Assembly (NCBI GenBank): GCA_965208975.1
Contig: CBDBQH010000003.1
Coordinates: forward strand, 1,604,792-1,668,791
DNA length: 64,000 nt
Reading direction: 5' to 3'
Source of the DNA: Candidatus Poriferihabitaceae bacterium
Lineage (GTDB): Bacteria; Pseudomonadota; Gammaproteobacteria; Arenicellales; Poriferihabitantaceae
The position numbers and the translations under genes were made by a program. The notes beneath the pieces were generated by a model. The model did no database searches. It worked only from the letters and a program-made list of their open reading frames with translations, and had not been told where the DNA came from. This document shows positions 1 through 10,588 of the stretch, one piece after another. How positions within the stretch are numbered: the stretch's first letter is position 1; each line of letters opens with the position of its first letter.

Positions 1-150
1 AACACGGTGTATGGAGCGGTGGCCTGGTTGAGAGCCGATGATGGAGCGGTGGCCTATGCCGAGAAACATGGTCTGTTCGTCATCCGGGCCACCGGCAGCA
101 GCGCCAGCATCATCAATCAGGATGATTTCAAGCCGCAGGTCTTTTCCTGA
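1..150 (+). CDS. 3' end (49 codons + stop) of a coiled-coil/PD-(D/E)xK-like family protein, paralog A; the 5' part lies outside the window
   Basis: Frame 1 reads NTVYGAVAWLRADDGAVAYAEKHGLFVIRATGSSASIINQDDFKPQVFS*. It is almost nucleotide-identical to 2028..2174, the C-terminus of the 1512..2174 CDS. Confidence 0.75.
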   Translation, partial: NTVYGAVAWLRADDGAVAYAEKHGLFVIRATGSSASIINQDDFKPQVFS

Positions 151-226
151 GTCGACGTGGATGGGCACAGAGAGTCGCCCCTGCATTCCCGCACCCACCC
201 GTAATCAAACGCCCCACCCGCCACCC

Positions 227-405
227 GTCATTCCCGTGAAAACGGGAATCCACGACCTTATGGAATCTGTATTACCGACATCGTAGAAGCCTGCCCGCGA
301 ACGCGCCGTCCTGCACCAATCCGTTCATAACCCACAACAATATCCACGCCCCAACCCCGCAACCCACCCCGGATTCCGTCATTCCCGCGAAGGCGGGAAT
401 CCACA
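227..405. repeat. Two REP-like palindromic elements of the ATTCCC-N8-GGGAAT type, at 227..254 and 378..405
   Basis: gtcattcccgtgaaaacgggaatccacg and gtcattcccgcgaaggcgggaatccaca both form perfect hairpins. The same element recurs at 1255, 1399, 51033, 51188, 54238 and 54486. Confidence 0.85.
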
Positions 406-573
406 ATCGATCATCAACCGCAATCGTAACGGCATCCCCGTGGTTGTTCAGGGCATCCCGCCGCCACAAAAGGACCCGGTAAATTAAATTGTTCGCCCTC
501 CATAAATTTTCCACTGTACTAACAAACCAAATAGTTACAATCCTTTGAGGAATAATTCACTACATTAATGTCA

Positions 574-608
574 AGTTTATGATTTATTAGTTTATGATTT
601 ATTAGTAT
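574..608 (+). promoter_or_regulatory. Tandem 15-bp direct repeats (agtttatgatttatt x2 plus a partial third) in the AT-rich region upstream of the hicB-like gene; possible operator/promoter region
   Basis: The direct repeat is read from the sequence and lies about 50 nt upstream of the GAGGAG RBS and ATG at 659. The regulatory role is inference only. Confidence 0.3.
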
Positions 609-658
609 CATGGATATCAGGTTATTGGTAAAATATTCAAGTATTGGAGGAGATAAAC

Positions 659-979
659 ATGAATCGCCAGAAATTTCGTTGCTACATTCGAGGTAGGGAC
701 TCGGATTGGGAGGCAATTTGCACGGATCTGGATATCGCCGTACAAGGTAACTCGCTGGAAAACGCCAAGTCATTACTCAAAGATGCCGTTAATGGTTTCC
801 TCACAGAATTGGAAGATTGGCCGCTAGATGACCAAAGACGATTACTAAAACGCCGGTCGCCTTTTTGGTTGCGGATGCAGTTTTTTATACTCAAAAAATG
901 GCATGACATGAAATCTCTTTCACCCGGAAATGATTCTCGTCAGAAAACAATCTTCTCTGATTTTGCCTGTGAAATATAA
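659..979 (+). CDS. hicB: HicB-like antitoxin (N-terminal HicB fold only)
   Basis: MNRQKFRCYIRGRDSDWEAICTDLDIAVQGNSLENAKSLLKDAVNGFL fits the HicB N-domain pattern. A GGAGGAG RBS precedes the ATG at 659, while the ORF track starts at an upstream TTG at 644. The CDS overlaps the downstream HicA-like gene. Confidence 0.6.
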   Translation: MNRQKFRCYIRGRDSDWEAICTDLDIAVQGNSLENAKSLLKDAVNGFLTELEDWPLDDQRRLLKRRSPFWLRMQFFILKKWHDMKSLSPGNDSRQKTIFSDFACEI

Positions 980-1181
980 AGATGTTGAGCGGGTACTTAA
1001 ACAAAACGGATTTGTCCTCACAAGGCAAAACACTGGTAGCCACCGTCAATTCACTGCAACCATCAATGGGAAAAAACGACTTGTAACACTTGCCTATAAT
1101 CAAAAAAATGAAGAAGTCAAGAAGGGAACATTAGGATCAATCAAGCGCCAGTCTGCACTGGACAAAAATCTGTTCCGATAA
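969..1181 (+). CDS. hicA: HicA-like mRNA interferase toxin
   Basis: VKYKDVERVLKQNGFVLTRQNTGSHRQFTA... matches the HicA/YcfA signature (GW/F-x-R-x-x-GSH-x-F). An in-frame GTG at 969 overlaps the hicB stop and is the preferred start; the ATG at 930 is an alternative. Confidence 0.7.
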   Translation: MKYKDVERVLKQNGFVLTRQNTGSHRQFTATINGKKRLVTLAYNQKNEEVKKGTLGSIKRQSALDKNLFR

Positions 1182-1254
1182 AGTAAAAATGACGAACAGG
1201 GAAAATATAACTTCTGGAGATCATTGTTCTCCAACCATTTCTGCGCCCTAGGCC

Positions 1255-1426
1255 GTAATTCCCGCCTTCGCGGGAAGCGCAAGCGCCGGCTGATTCGGTG
1301 GGGGGTATTTCACGGATGTGGTGGTCTGATTGCAGGCTGGAGAAAATAACAGCGTAGTAGGCTGATTCGGTGGGGGGTATTTCACGGATGTGGTGGGGGT
1401 ATTCCCGCCTTCGCGGGAATCCACAA
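1255..1426. repeat. REP cluster: ATTCCC-N8-GGGAAT-type hairpins at 1255..1280 and 1399..1426, flanking two 37-bp direct repeats (1288..1324 and 1360..1396)
   Basis: ggctgattcggtggggggtatttcacggatgtggtgg occurs twice with a 72-bp period. The ctgattcggtggggg core recurs at 50526 and, inverted, at 54262. Confidence 0.85.
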
Positions 1427-1464
1427 CTGCCAGCATATTCACCACCCAACCCCGCGTTCTCTGA

Positions 1465-1470
1465 TATAAT
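1465..1470 (+). promoter_or_regulatory. Candidate -10 box (TATAAT) inside the leader block shared by paralogs B and C
   Basis: ctgatataatcacc...aacataaaggagtatccttgatcATG is conserved between 1461..1514 and 11911..11955. There is no convincing -35. Confidence 0.35.
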
Positions 1471-1511
1471 CACCAAACCATCAAACCCAACATAAAGGAG
1501 TATCCTTGATC

Positions 1512-2174
1512 ATGCCAACCAACGCCGTACCCACCTCGGACGAAATCTGGAAAATCCTGATAGAAACAAATGCCAGCCTGGACAGAACCAATGCCAGCCT
1601 GGACAGAACCAATGCCACTCTGGACAAAACTGCTGCCAGCCAGAAAGAAACCGATAAACTACTGAAAGAATCCAGCCGGAAAGCCCGCCAGGAAATAAAA
1701 GAACTTCGTCTCAGCCAGAAAGAAACCGACAAGCAAATCAAAAAGACCGAAGCTCTGTTCAATACCCAATGGGGACGGCTGATGGAGAGTCTGGTAGAAG
1801 GAGATTTATTAAAGATCTTGCAGGAAAAGGGAGTGAATGTGGATCAGACGTACCGGAATGTGGAACACAGAGGCCATGGCGATGATTATGAATATGACAT
1901 TGTCGCAGCCAACGGGCACGAAGTCGTAGTGGTTGAAGTCAAGACCACGTTAAAGGTGCGGGATGTGAAAGACTTTCTGGTCAGCGTCGGCAAGTTCACG
2001 ACCCGCAGACCGCAGTATCGGGACAACACGGTGTATGGAGCGGTGGCTTGGTTGAGAGCCGATGATGGAGCGGTGGCCTATGCCGAGAAACATGGTCTGT
2101 TCGTCATCCGGGCCACCGGCAGCAGCGCCAGCATCATCAATCAGGATGATTTCAAGCCGCAGGTCTTTTCCTGA
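1512..2174 (+). CDS. Coiled-coil + PD-(D/E)xK-like (restriction-endonuclease-fold) protein, paralog B; resembles the DUF3782-type architecture
   Basis: An AAGGAG RBS lies 9 nt upstream of the ATG at 1512. The N-terminal ~90 aa are K/E/R/T/Q-rich with 3x NASLDRT repeats. The C-terminal half carries DDYEYDIVAANGHEVVVVEVKT, a D...E-x-K motif. Family naming is from memory and was not searched. Confidence 0.8.
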   Translation: MPTNAVPTSDEIWKILIETNASLDRTNASLDRTNATLDKTAASQKETDKLLKESSRKARQEIKELRLSQKETDKQIKKTEALFNTQWGRLMESLVEGDLLKILQEKGVNVDQTYRNVEHRGHGDDYEYDIVAANGHEVVVVEVKTTLKVRDVKDFLVSVGKFTTRRPQYRDNTVYGAVAWLRADDGAVAYAEKHGLFVIRATGSSASIINQDDFKPQVFS

Positions 2175-2378
2175 AAACAGGGTTGGGAGGCGCATCGGCT
2201 GACCGATGAGTCGCCAAGCGTCTCGTTCCGGGGCTTGAAGCCCAGATACTCAGTCGCTTTTTTGTTCAAAACAGTTTCGTAATCATTCATACGAAAATAC
2301 TCACACTCATTACTAAAGAATGAGTTTTTATATACGTGGCCAGACGGAAAAATTAATCACTCACAACAAGGATCACAA

Positions 2379-2792
2379 GTGAAAAATCTATACATACTTG
2401 CGGCTACGCTTTTCTTGGTAAGTTGCTCTGACGACGCGAAAATTGCGTCGCGTAATCTGTCCAAATCGGCGGACAATTTCGAGATTGACCGGCGCATCGT
2501 TTTCTATAACGGAATTACAGACAGCTACATGCTGACTATCGAAGGAAAGTGTTCAATCGAGGACCAGAAGAATCAATTAGAAGTAACCTGCAAAATCGGG
2601 CATAACCAGTACAAAAAACATTTTCTCGGTTTGTCCGATAATGTGACCTACTTCGCGGAACAATTGAAAACGACTGATGTAAACGTATATCACCATCGTG
2701 TGACGTTTAAACCACAGCAGATCATCCCCGATATTGACTACCGTGGAAGCTTGGAAGAACTGATAGAAAATGATTCAGAAGACCCTGGTTAA
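2379..2792 (+). CDS. Lipoprotein, unknown function
   Basis: The N-terminus MKNLYILAATLFLVSCSDD has a signal peptide with an LVSC lipobox. GTG start. The local region is AT-richer than its flanks. Confidence 0.6.
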   Translation: MKNLYILAATLFLVSCSDDAKIASRNLSKSADNFEIDRRIVFYNGITDSYMLTIEGKCSIEDQKNQLEVTCKIGHNQYKKHFLGLSDNVTYFAEQLKTTDVNVYHHRVTFKPQQIIPDIDYRGSLEELIENDSEDPG

Positions 2793-2913
2793 GTGACAAA
2801 CTTCGCCGGGCTCAATGGGTTTCGGCATAAGCGGGAATCCATCGGACGCAAAACATTACCTGTGATAAACTCACAATCGTTGCCCGGAAACTCGTCTTGT
2901 AGAGATCAATCAA

Positions 2914-3726
2914 ATGTCTGCTGTATCCATTTCACAACACGAGATCGAGGAATTCCAGCGCGAGGGAGCCATCTGCCTGCGTCAGGCGTTCTCTCACGAC
3001 TGGCTGGAGTCACTGGCCGCAGGGGTTGCGAAAAATTTTGAGAACCCCGGCCCATACAGCACACAATATACCCCTCACGGCCAGCCCGGAGGCTTCTACG
3101 ATGATTACTGTAACTGGCAGACTATTGACGAGTATCGTGATTTTGTGATGAATTCACCGGCGGCGGAGATTGCGGCCCGCCTGACCGGCTCGGACTCCGT
3201 CCGTATCTATCATGAGCATGTGCTGGTCAAGGAACCCGATACCAGAGAGGTGACGCCGTGGCATCATGATTTGCCATATTGGGGGTTAGAGGGGAATCAG
3301 TTGTGTTCGATCTGGCTGCCGCTTGACCCGGTCCCGAAAACAGCCTGTCCGGAATTTATCGCGCAGTCCCACCAGTCCGGGGTGATGTATTATCCGAGAC
3401 TTTTCGCCAATCATGAAAACTATGCGAGCGGGCATGACGGGTTTGAAACGATTCCCGATATTGACAGTAATCGCGACCAGTACAATATTTTGTCCTGGGA
3501 TCTTGAACCCGGCGACTGTATTGTATTCCACATGAGAACGCTCCATGGCGCTCCGGCCACGACCGGCCTGAAAACCCGGCGGCGGGGTTTTTCAACACGC
3601 TGGCTGGGAGATGACGCGGTCTATGCCGTTCGTCCATGGACCACATCTCCGCCTTTTGAAGAAATTACATTGACTGCGGGCGAACCGATGGCGCATCCCG
3701 CTTTCCCGGTTGTCTGGACGGGTTGA
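2914..3726 (+). CDS. Phytanoyl-CoA dioxygenase (PhyH) family Fe(II)/2OG oxygenase
   Basis: It has the EEFQREGAICLRQAF N-terminal motif, an HxD in PWHHDLPYW and a distal His in FHMRTLHGAP. Confidence 0.65.
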   Translation: MSAVSISQHEIEEFQREGAICLRQAFSHDWLESLAAGVAKNFENPGPYSTQYTPHGQPGGFYDDYCNWQTIDEYRDFVMNSPAAEIAARLTGSDSVRIYHEHVLVKEPDTREVTPWHHDLPYWGLEGNQLCSIWLPLDPVPKTACPEFIAQSHQSGVMYYPRLFANHENYASGHDGFETIPDIDSNRDQYNILSWDLEPGDCIVFHMRTLHGAPATTGLKTRRRGFSTRWLGDDAVYAVRPWTTSPPFEEITLTAGEPMAHPAFPVVWTG

Positions 3727-3750
3727 GCCAAGGGGTTGGGATTTACGAAG

Positions 3751-5940
3751 ATGGGCAAATCGGTCAATATTCAGGGACTCACTGTAGACGAAGGACTTTA
3801 CAATCTGGTGGAAGATGAGATTTTGCCGGGAACAGGGGTGGATTCGAGCCGGTTCTGGGGCGGATTGGCGAAAATCGTTGAAGATCTTGGCGGGAAAAAC
3901 AAGACGCTTCTCGACAAGCGTGACGATTTGCAGTGTCAGATTGATGAATATTACAGAAACGGCAAGGCCCTTCTTGATGTCGCCGCACATAAAACTTTTT
4001 TGCAGGACATCGGCTATCTGCTCCCCGAAGGCGAACCCTTTGCGGTCACCACTGAAAATGTGGACGATGAGATCAGTGAAATTGCCGGGCCGCAACTCGT
4101 CGTACCTGTAGACAATGCACGTTATGCATTGAACGCGGCCAATGCGAGGTGGAACAGTCTTTATGACGCTCTGTATGGCTCCGACATTATTCTTGAGGTG
4201 GAAGGCTGCAAAAAAACCGCGAAATACAATCCGGTGCGGGGCGCCCAGGTGATTCGTTATGTGCGTCAGTTTCTCGACGAAGCGATTCCCCTGGCGACAG
4301 GCAGCCACGCATACTCGGTCCAATACAAGGTCAAATCGGGAAAACTTGTCGTTGTCATGGGCGACGGGAGTGAGACCGGCCTGGGTTGGCGGGAATGTTT
4401 TGCCGGCTATCGCGGTGACCCCGAAGCGCCTGACAACATTCTGTTCAGGCACAATAATCTGTATATTGATATTTGTATCGGTGAAGGTTATTTTATCGGT
4501 AGAGGAGACCTTGCGAATATCTATGATGTCAGGATTGAGTCGGCATTGACCACCATCATTGATTGTGAGGACTCGGTCGCCGCAGTGGACGCCGAAGACA
4601 AGGTTCGGGTTTACCGCAACTGGACCGGCCTGATGAAAGGAACCCTGAAAGCTGATATTCGCAAGGAAGGCAAGTGGGTGGAAAGAGTGCTCAATCCCGA
4701 TCTGGTCTACATTGCCGCGGATGGCAGTCCCTTCCGTGTACATGGTCGAAGCGTGATGCTGGTGCGTAATGTAGGAACGCACATGTATACCGACGCGGTC
4801 ACTTGCAAGGGAGAGGAGATACCGGAGACCTTCCTTGATGCAATGGTTACGGCGCTTGCTGCCATGCACGATTTAAGTGGAACGGGTGAGTTGAAAAACA
4901 GCCGCAAGGGGAGTGTCTATATCGTCAAGCCCAAGATGCACGGTCCTGAGGAAGTAGCGGCGGCAGTCGAGTTGTTCGAATACGTGGAGCGGGCGCTGGG
5001 TCTTGCGGCCAATACCCTGAAAATCGGGATCATGGACGAAGAACGCCGGACTACAGTGAATCTCAGGGAGTGTATCCGGGCGGCCAGGGAGCGTGTGATT
5101 TTCATCAATACCGGCTTTCTGGATCGAACCGGGGATGAGATTCATACCTGTATGGAGGCTGGAGCGGTCATACCCAAGAACGATATGAAGTCATCTTCCT
5201 GGCTGCTGGCTTATGAAGACTGGAATGTCGATATCGGACTGGATTGCGGTATGTCCGGTCATGGTCAGGTTGGCAAGGGGATGTGGGCCGCGCCGGACAA
5301 TATGAGGGCCATGATGGAGCAGAAAATTGCTCACCCGAGAGCAGGCGCCAATACGGCCTGGGTGCCTTCGCCGACAGCGGCTACCCTGCACGCGATGCAT
5401 TATCATTGCGTCAACGTCAAGATCCGGCAACAACATTTGAAATCCTGTTTGCGGGCTGACCTGGACGACATTCTGACCATCCCCATCCTGGAGCGCACCG
5501 TCAATCACAGTGAAATGGTCAAGGAGTTGGAAAATAATGCCCAGAGCATATTGGGATATGTCGTGCGCTGGATTGACCAGGGGGTAGGCTGTTCCAAGGT
5601 TCCCGATATCAGTGATGTCGCGTTGATGGAGGATCGGGCGACGTTGAGAATTTCCAGCCAGCATATTGCCAACTGGCTGTATTTCGGTGTAACGACCTCA
5701 AGCCAGGTGCGTAAGGTATTTAAAAAAATGGCGGGAGTGGTGGACCGGCAGAACTCGCATGATCCGGCATATACCGCGATGTCGGATGATCTGGACAATA
5801 GCATCGCGTTTCAGGCGGCGCTGGAGCTGGTGTTCAAAGGCCGGGAAACACCAAACGGATATACTGAGCCGGTACTGCATTGCCGACGCAGGCAACGGAA
5901 ATCTGCCCTGAAACCCGATTTGCTCACGCGACAGGACTGA
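3751..5940 (+). CDS. glcB: Malate synthase G
   Basis: At ~730 aa, the length and N-terminus ([25 protein letters not shown]) are collinear with GlcB. The ATG at 3751 is preferred over the upstream TTG at 3736. Confidence 0.9.
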   Translation: MGKSVNIQGLTVDEGLYNLVEDEILPGTGVDSSRFWGGLAKIVEDLGGKNKTLLDKRDDLQCQIDEYYRNGKALLDVAAHKTFLQDIGYLLPEGEPFAVTTENVDDEISEIAGPQLVVPVDNARYALNAANARWNSLYDALYGSDIILEVEGCKKTAKYNPVRGAQVIRYVRQFLDEAIPLATGSHAYSVQYKVKSGKLVVVMGDGSETGLGWRECFAGYRGDPEAPDNILFRHNNLYIDICIGEGYFIGRGDLANIYDVRIESALTTIIDCEDSVAAVDAEDKVRVYRNWTGLMKGTLKADIRKEGKWVERVLNPDLVYIAADGSPFRVHGRSVMLVRNVGTHMYTDAVTCKGEEIPETFLDAMVTALAAMHDLSGTGELKNSRKGSVYIVKPKMHGPEEVAAAVELFEYVERALGLAANTLKIGIMDEERRTTVNLRECIRAARERVIFINTGFLDRTGDEIHTCMEAGAVIPKNDMKSSSWLLAYEDWNVDIGLDCGMSGHGQVGKGMWAAPDNMRAMMEQKIAHPRAGANTAWVPSPTAATLHAMHYHCVNVKIRQQHLKSCLRADLDDILTIPILERTVNHSEMVKELENNAQSILGYVVRWIDQGVGCSKVPDISDVALMEDRATLRISSQHIANWLYFGVTTSSQVRKVFKKMAGVVDRQNSHDPAYTAMSDDLDNSIAFQAALELVFKGRETPNGYTEPVLHCRRRQRKSALKPDLLTRQD

Positions 5941-5941
5941 A

Positions 5942-6880
5942 TTGTCCGAGAATACAAAAGGGATTCTGTGCCTGGTAGGGGCGCTTGTTTTTCTGACAAT
6001 CAGTGATTCCATTGTCAAATGGTTGAGTCCTGACTATGCACTGCATCAGATCATGCTGTTTCGCGCGTTTTTCGCGCTTCTTGTAGCGCTGATTTTCATT
6101 TTCTTCGGTGGCGGGGTTCAGTCACTGAAAACCCGTCGTCCGGCATTGCATATTTTGCGCGGCATGTTCCTGGTTTTTGCCAATATGTTTTTTTTCATGA
6201 GCCTTGCAACCATGCCGATGGGGGAGACGGTGGCCCTGTTTTTTGCGGCGCCCCTGTTTATCTGTTTGCTGGCCCAGCCAATTCTGGGAGAAAAGGTCGG
6301 AGTGACCAGCTGGGCAGCAATCGGAATCGGCTTGATCGGAGTGTTGATCATGGTGAGACCGGGTACGGACCTGTTTCGGATTACTTCGCTGTTACCCATC
6401 CTGGCGGCGTTGATGTATGCAGGAATGCAGATGGTCACACGGAAACTGGGGTTGCAGGACCGGGCCAGTACCATGACGTTTTATATTCAGGTCTGTTTCA
6501 TCCTGGTAAGCGTCGTGATTGGACTGGCTGTTGGCGATGGGCGGTTCGATAACAGTGGCAATCCGACGGTCGGATTTTTGCTGCGAGCCTGGAAAATGCC
6601 GGATTTGGCTGCTTTGAAGTTGCTGGCGCTCTGCGGGTTTGTCATAGCCTTCGGCGCTTATCTGATGTCACAGGCCTACCGTATCGGGCAGGCTTCTGTC
6701 ATCGCGCCTTTCGAATACACATCATTGCCTTTTGCCCTGATTACAGGTTATCTGCTCTGGGGGGATTGGCCGGATGCCATATCATTTGTCGGATGCGCTT
6801 TTATCGTAGGTGGTGGATTGGTTGTCGCGCTTTTCGACAAGCGGCTGGTAGCGGAGGTTGGAGTCCGGAAAAGGCCGTAG
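5942..6880 (+). CDS. DMT-superfamily (EamA-like) transporter
   Basis: About 10 hydrophobic segments are arranged as two EamA-like halves. TTG start. Confidence 0.7.
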   Translation: MSENTKGILCLVGALVFLTISDSIVKWLSPDYALHQIMLFRAFFALLVALIFIFFGGGVQSLKTRRPALHILRGMFLVFANMFFFMSLATMPMGETVALFFAAPLFICLLAQPILGEKVGVTSWAAIGIGLIGVLIMVRPGTDLFRITSLLPILAALMYAGMQMVTRKLGLQDRASTMTFYIQVCFILVSVVIGLAVGDGRFDNSGNPTVGFLLRAWKMPDLAALKLLALCGFVIAFGAYLMSQAYRIGQASVIAPFEYTSLPFALITGYLLWGDWPDAISFVGCAFIVGGGLVVALFDKRLVAEVGVRKRP

Positions 6881-9081
6881 GCCTGGCAGATGTGGCGGGT
6901 TTGTGTTGGCAAATGGTGGAGGAGGCCGGCCTGTATGATCGCTCGCAGCCGCGCTTTACCCTGTTTTTTCCCTCGCGGGGGCGCCAGCGAGTTGCACTGC
7001 CGCCAGGGCTTTGACTGAAGGATCCGTTCAATCAGCAAGGCCGCATCCGTCTCTGACAGGTCATTATCTTCTGTGGTAAGCAGATATTGGCAGAACCCGG
7101 ACAGAGCGCTTGAAATGTTGTCCATGTTGCGGTGGGCAAAACCAAACCCGATGAGGTCAATCAGTTCATCCTGTGGAGGTATGTAACGGTTGTTCTGGCG
7201 AGATAACGAGTTGTAAATTTCGATCATCAGTTTCGGTTCCATATCCCGATACCGGGTTTTTAAATGGAGCGGGAGATTTCCCCGGAACTTGTTCTGTGCC
7301 CGGTATGCCAGCTGTTCTCCCCGCCTGGAGAGGGGGCGCATCATCGCGCAGGACAGAGCGCCGGTATTAGCGCCTGGTTTGAATCCGATGCGTACTGGCA
7401 GAAACAAGTTTTTGCCCCAGAACCGGATGAAGGGAGCGCTCGCGCCGAATGACGCGCTCAACGAGTCCAGGGCTTTGTATTGGCTCGCGATTTCACGGAT
7501 CAAGGCGCTACCGATGCCGCTCCGTTGATATTCGGGCTTAACAACAATACGAACGATCCGGGCGGTGGTCTGCTGTGCTCCTTCATGGAGTCCTGCCTGT
7601 GCGGCAAGCAGTTCAGCGAAAAGGTGACCCACCGGACGTGAGTGGTTACCCCAGACTTCCCGGGCCTGGGTTTCCGACAAGCCGCCTTCGACAGATACCA
7701 GCGCAACCCCGGATACCTGACCCTGGAAACCAGCGCAGTAAATGTCCAGATTCGGCGAGTCCAGCAAATACCGGAGGTCGCCCGGACGGGTGCGGTAGTG
7801 CGCCTGAGTCAATAACGCGAACACTTCCCGCAATCGGGATTCGCAGGCCACCAGTTGGTTTTTGTCAATAGCTGTTATATTGATGTTCGAGGCTGAATGT
7901 TTCTCTCCTGGGACGGGAGCGGATTCGGCGTCGAGAAGCAGGATGTCGAACAGGAGTTTCTCCACAGGGTCCTGCTCTGCCCACCGGATTGGATGACGCA
8001 ATTCGCATTTTTTCCATCCTCGTGTGTATTGATCCAGCAATTTGCCGAAATGGGTTGCGAAACCACGGCCTGTTCCTTCGTAGCCATGAACGGTGCTGGC
8101 AAATGCGATTCGCGGGTAGGTTTTCAGGATTTCCGTTAAGACGGGAATCGGCAGGGTTGCCGCTTCATCAATCAGCAGCATTTCGATATCCGCTTTTTCC
8201 CGGATCAGCCGGTCCGCCGGGATGAATTTCAGGGCGGTATCCTTCGCACCGGAGTCGATCCGCGCGTGTTTGAATACGTTTTCAACGGATTTCCGGTTCA
8301 GGCCACAGACTCCGATACGGTGGACCCGGCCGCTGTCCAGTAAAGCCCTTGCCGCCAGCCCTAAGGCGGCGGATTTACCTCTGCCGCGGTCGGCAAGCAA
8401 AACCACAGGATGCCGTCTTTGCCCGGTAACGACTTTTTTTACCGCGTTGACCGCTTGTGTTTGATCTCTATAATCCGGGTGAGTTTGCCCGCACCGGCTC
8501 CGGGGGAGTTCTGGCAACGATGGCAGGCCGCAGCCCTGTTCGATCAGGATGCAGTGTTCCGAAGACTGGATTCTGCGTACCAGGCGTTCAATATAGCGGC
8601 TGTGCCGGGGCGGTGAGAGTCCGTGGGGTATGCGCTTTTCGAACAGATAATCCCGGATTTTCGGCCAGTGAGTGAGCGCGGGAGCGAGCAGAATCAGCAA
8701 CCCTCCCGCTTTCACGGTTGCCGCCACAATGCCGATTGCGTCCGCTTCAAATCCACTGTGGCAGTCATGGATCACCGCATCGTATTCGCGTCCCAGGTGA
8801 TTGCGGCATTGATTGATTCTAACGGATTGATGGATTTCTGTCGGAGACAGCGGTGAATAATCCGGATCGGATACCAGGAGGATGTTCTGTTTATCCGGTT
8901 TGGTGAAAGGTTCGCACAAATCCTGCGCCGAACGCCATCCCCAGTCCATATCGCCACACAGGACGATTGCGTGTCTGTGGCGCTTCAGTTCGCCGATCTC
9001 GTGTAATCGGTAACCCCGTTCAATGAACCGTGTTTTGTGTAACGGGCGGATCATTGTCGGTTTCGTCTGTTCGCAACTCAA
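6748..9081 (-). CDS. tmcA: tRNA(Met) cytidine acetyltransferase
   Basis: It has a helicase-type P-loop (LLADRGRGKSAALG) followed by a GNAT acetyl-CoA motif (VKPEYQRSGIGSALI), which is the TmcA architecture. The 3' end overlaps the convergent transporter gene by 133 nt. Confidence 0.8.
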   Translation of the reverse strand: MSCEQTKPTMIRPLHKTRFIERGYRLHEIGELKRHRHAIVLCGDMDWGWRSAQDLCEPFTKPDKQNILLVSDPDYSPLSPTEIHQSVRINQCRNHLGREYDAVIHDCHSGFEADAIGIVAATVKAGGLLILLAPALTHWPKIRDYLFEKRIPHGLSPPRHSRYIERLVRRIQSSEHCILIEQGCGLPSLPELPRSRCGQTHPDYRDQTQAVNAVKKVVTGQRRHPVVLLADRGRGKSAALGLAARALLDSGRVHRIGVCGLNRKSVENVFKHARIDSGAKDTALKFIPADRLIREKADIEMLLIDEAATLPIPVLTEILKTYPRIAFASTVHGYEGTGRGFATHFGKLLDQYTRGWKKCELRHPIRWAEQDPVEKLLFDILLLDAESAPVPGEKHSASNINITAIDKNQLVACESRLREVFALLTQAHYRTRPGDLRYLLDSPNLDIYCAGFQGQVSGVALVSVEGGLSETQAREVWGNHSRPVGHLFAELLAAQAGLHEGAQQTTARIVRIVVKPEYQRSGIGSALIREIASQYKALDSLSASFGASAPFIRFWGKNLFLPVRIGFKPGANTGALSCAMMRPLSRRGEQLAYRAQNKFRGNLPLHLKTRYRDMEPKLMIEIYNSLSRQNNRYIPPQDELIDLIGFGFAHRNMDNISSALSGFCQYLLTTEDNDLSETDAALLIERILQSKPWRQCNSLAPPRGKKQGKARLRAIIQAGLLHHLPTQTRHICQAYGLFRTPTSATSRLSKSATTNPPPTIKAHPTNDMASGQSPQSR

Positions 9082-9098
9082 GAGAATTCACACGAGAT

Positions 9099-10446
<1,348 letters not shown>

Positions 10447-10588
10447 GAAAACAATCCAGATAACCAATGAAATTCCAGGTGACAATGATACGATACAAAC
10501 TCCGTTTTTACAGTACCAATGACCAGGCATAGCAATGACCAGATGGCAGATTGCCCTGTGCGTTGATACACTTCTCGTTCAGTAAACC

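Noticed and set aside
38-514. ORFs 38..286 (+) and 272..514 (-), and similarly 1141..1476 (-) and 1248..1445 (-)
   Set aside because: They consist of translated REP palindromes (…IPAFAGMT…, …PVKTGIH…). The same peptide strings appear wherever the repeat occurs, so they are not genes.
3592-4869. A 425-aa ORF on the minus strand, antisense to glcB
   Set aside because: It lies entirely within the well-supported malate synthase G CDS. The translation has no recognisable motifs, and long antisense ORFs are typical of GC-rich DNA.
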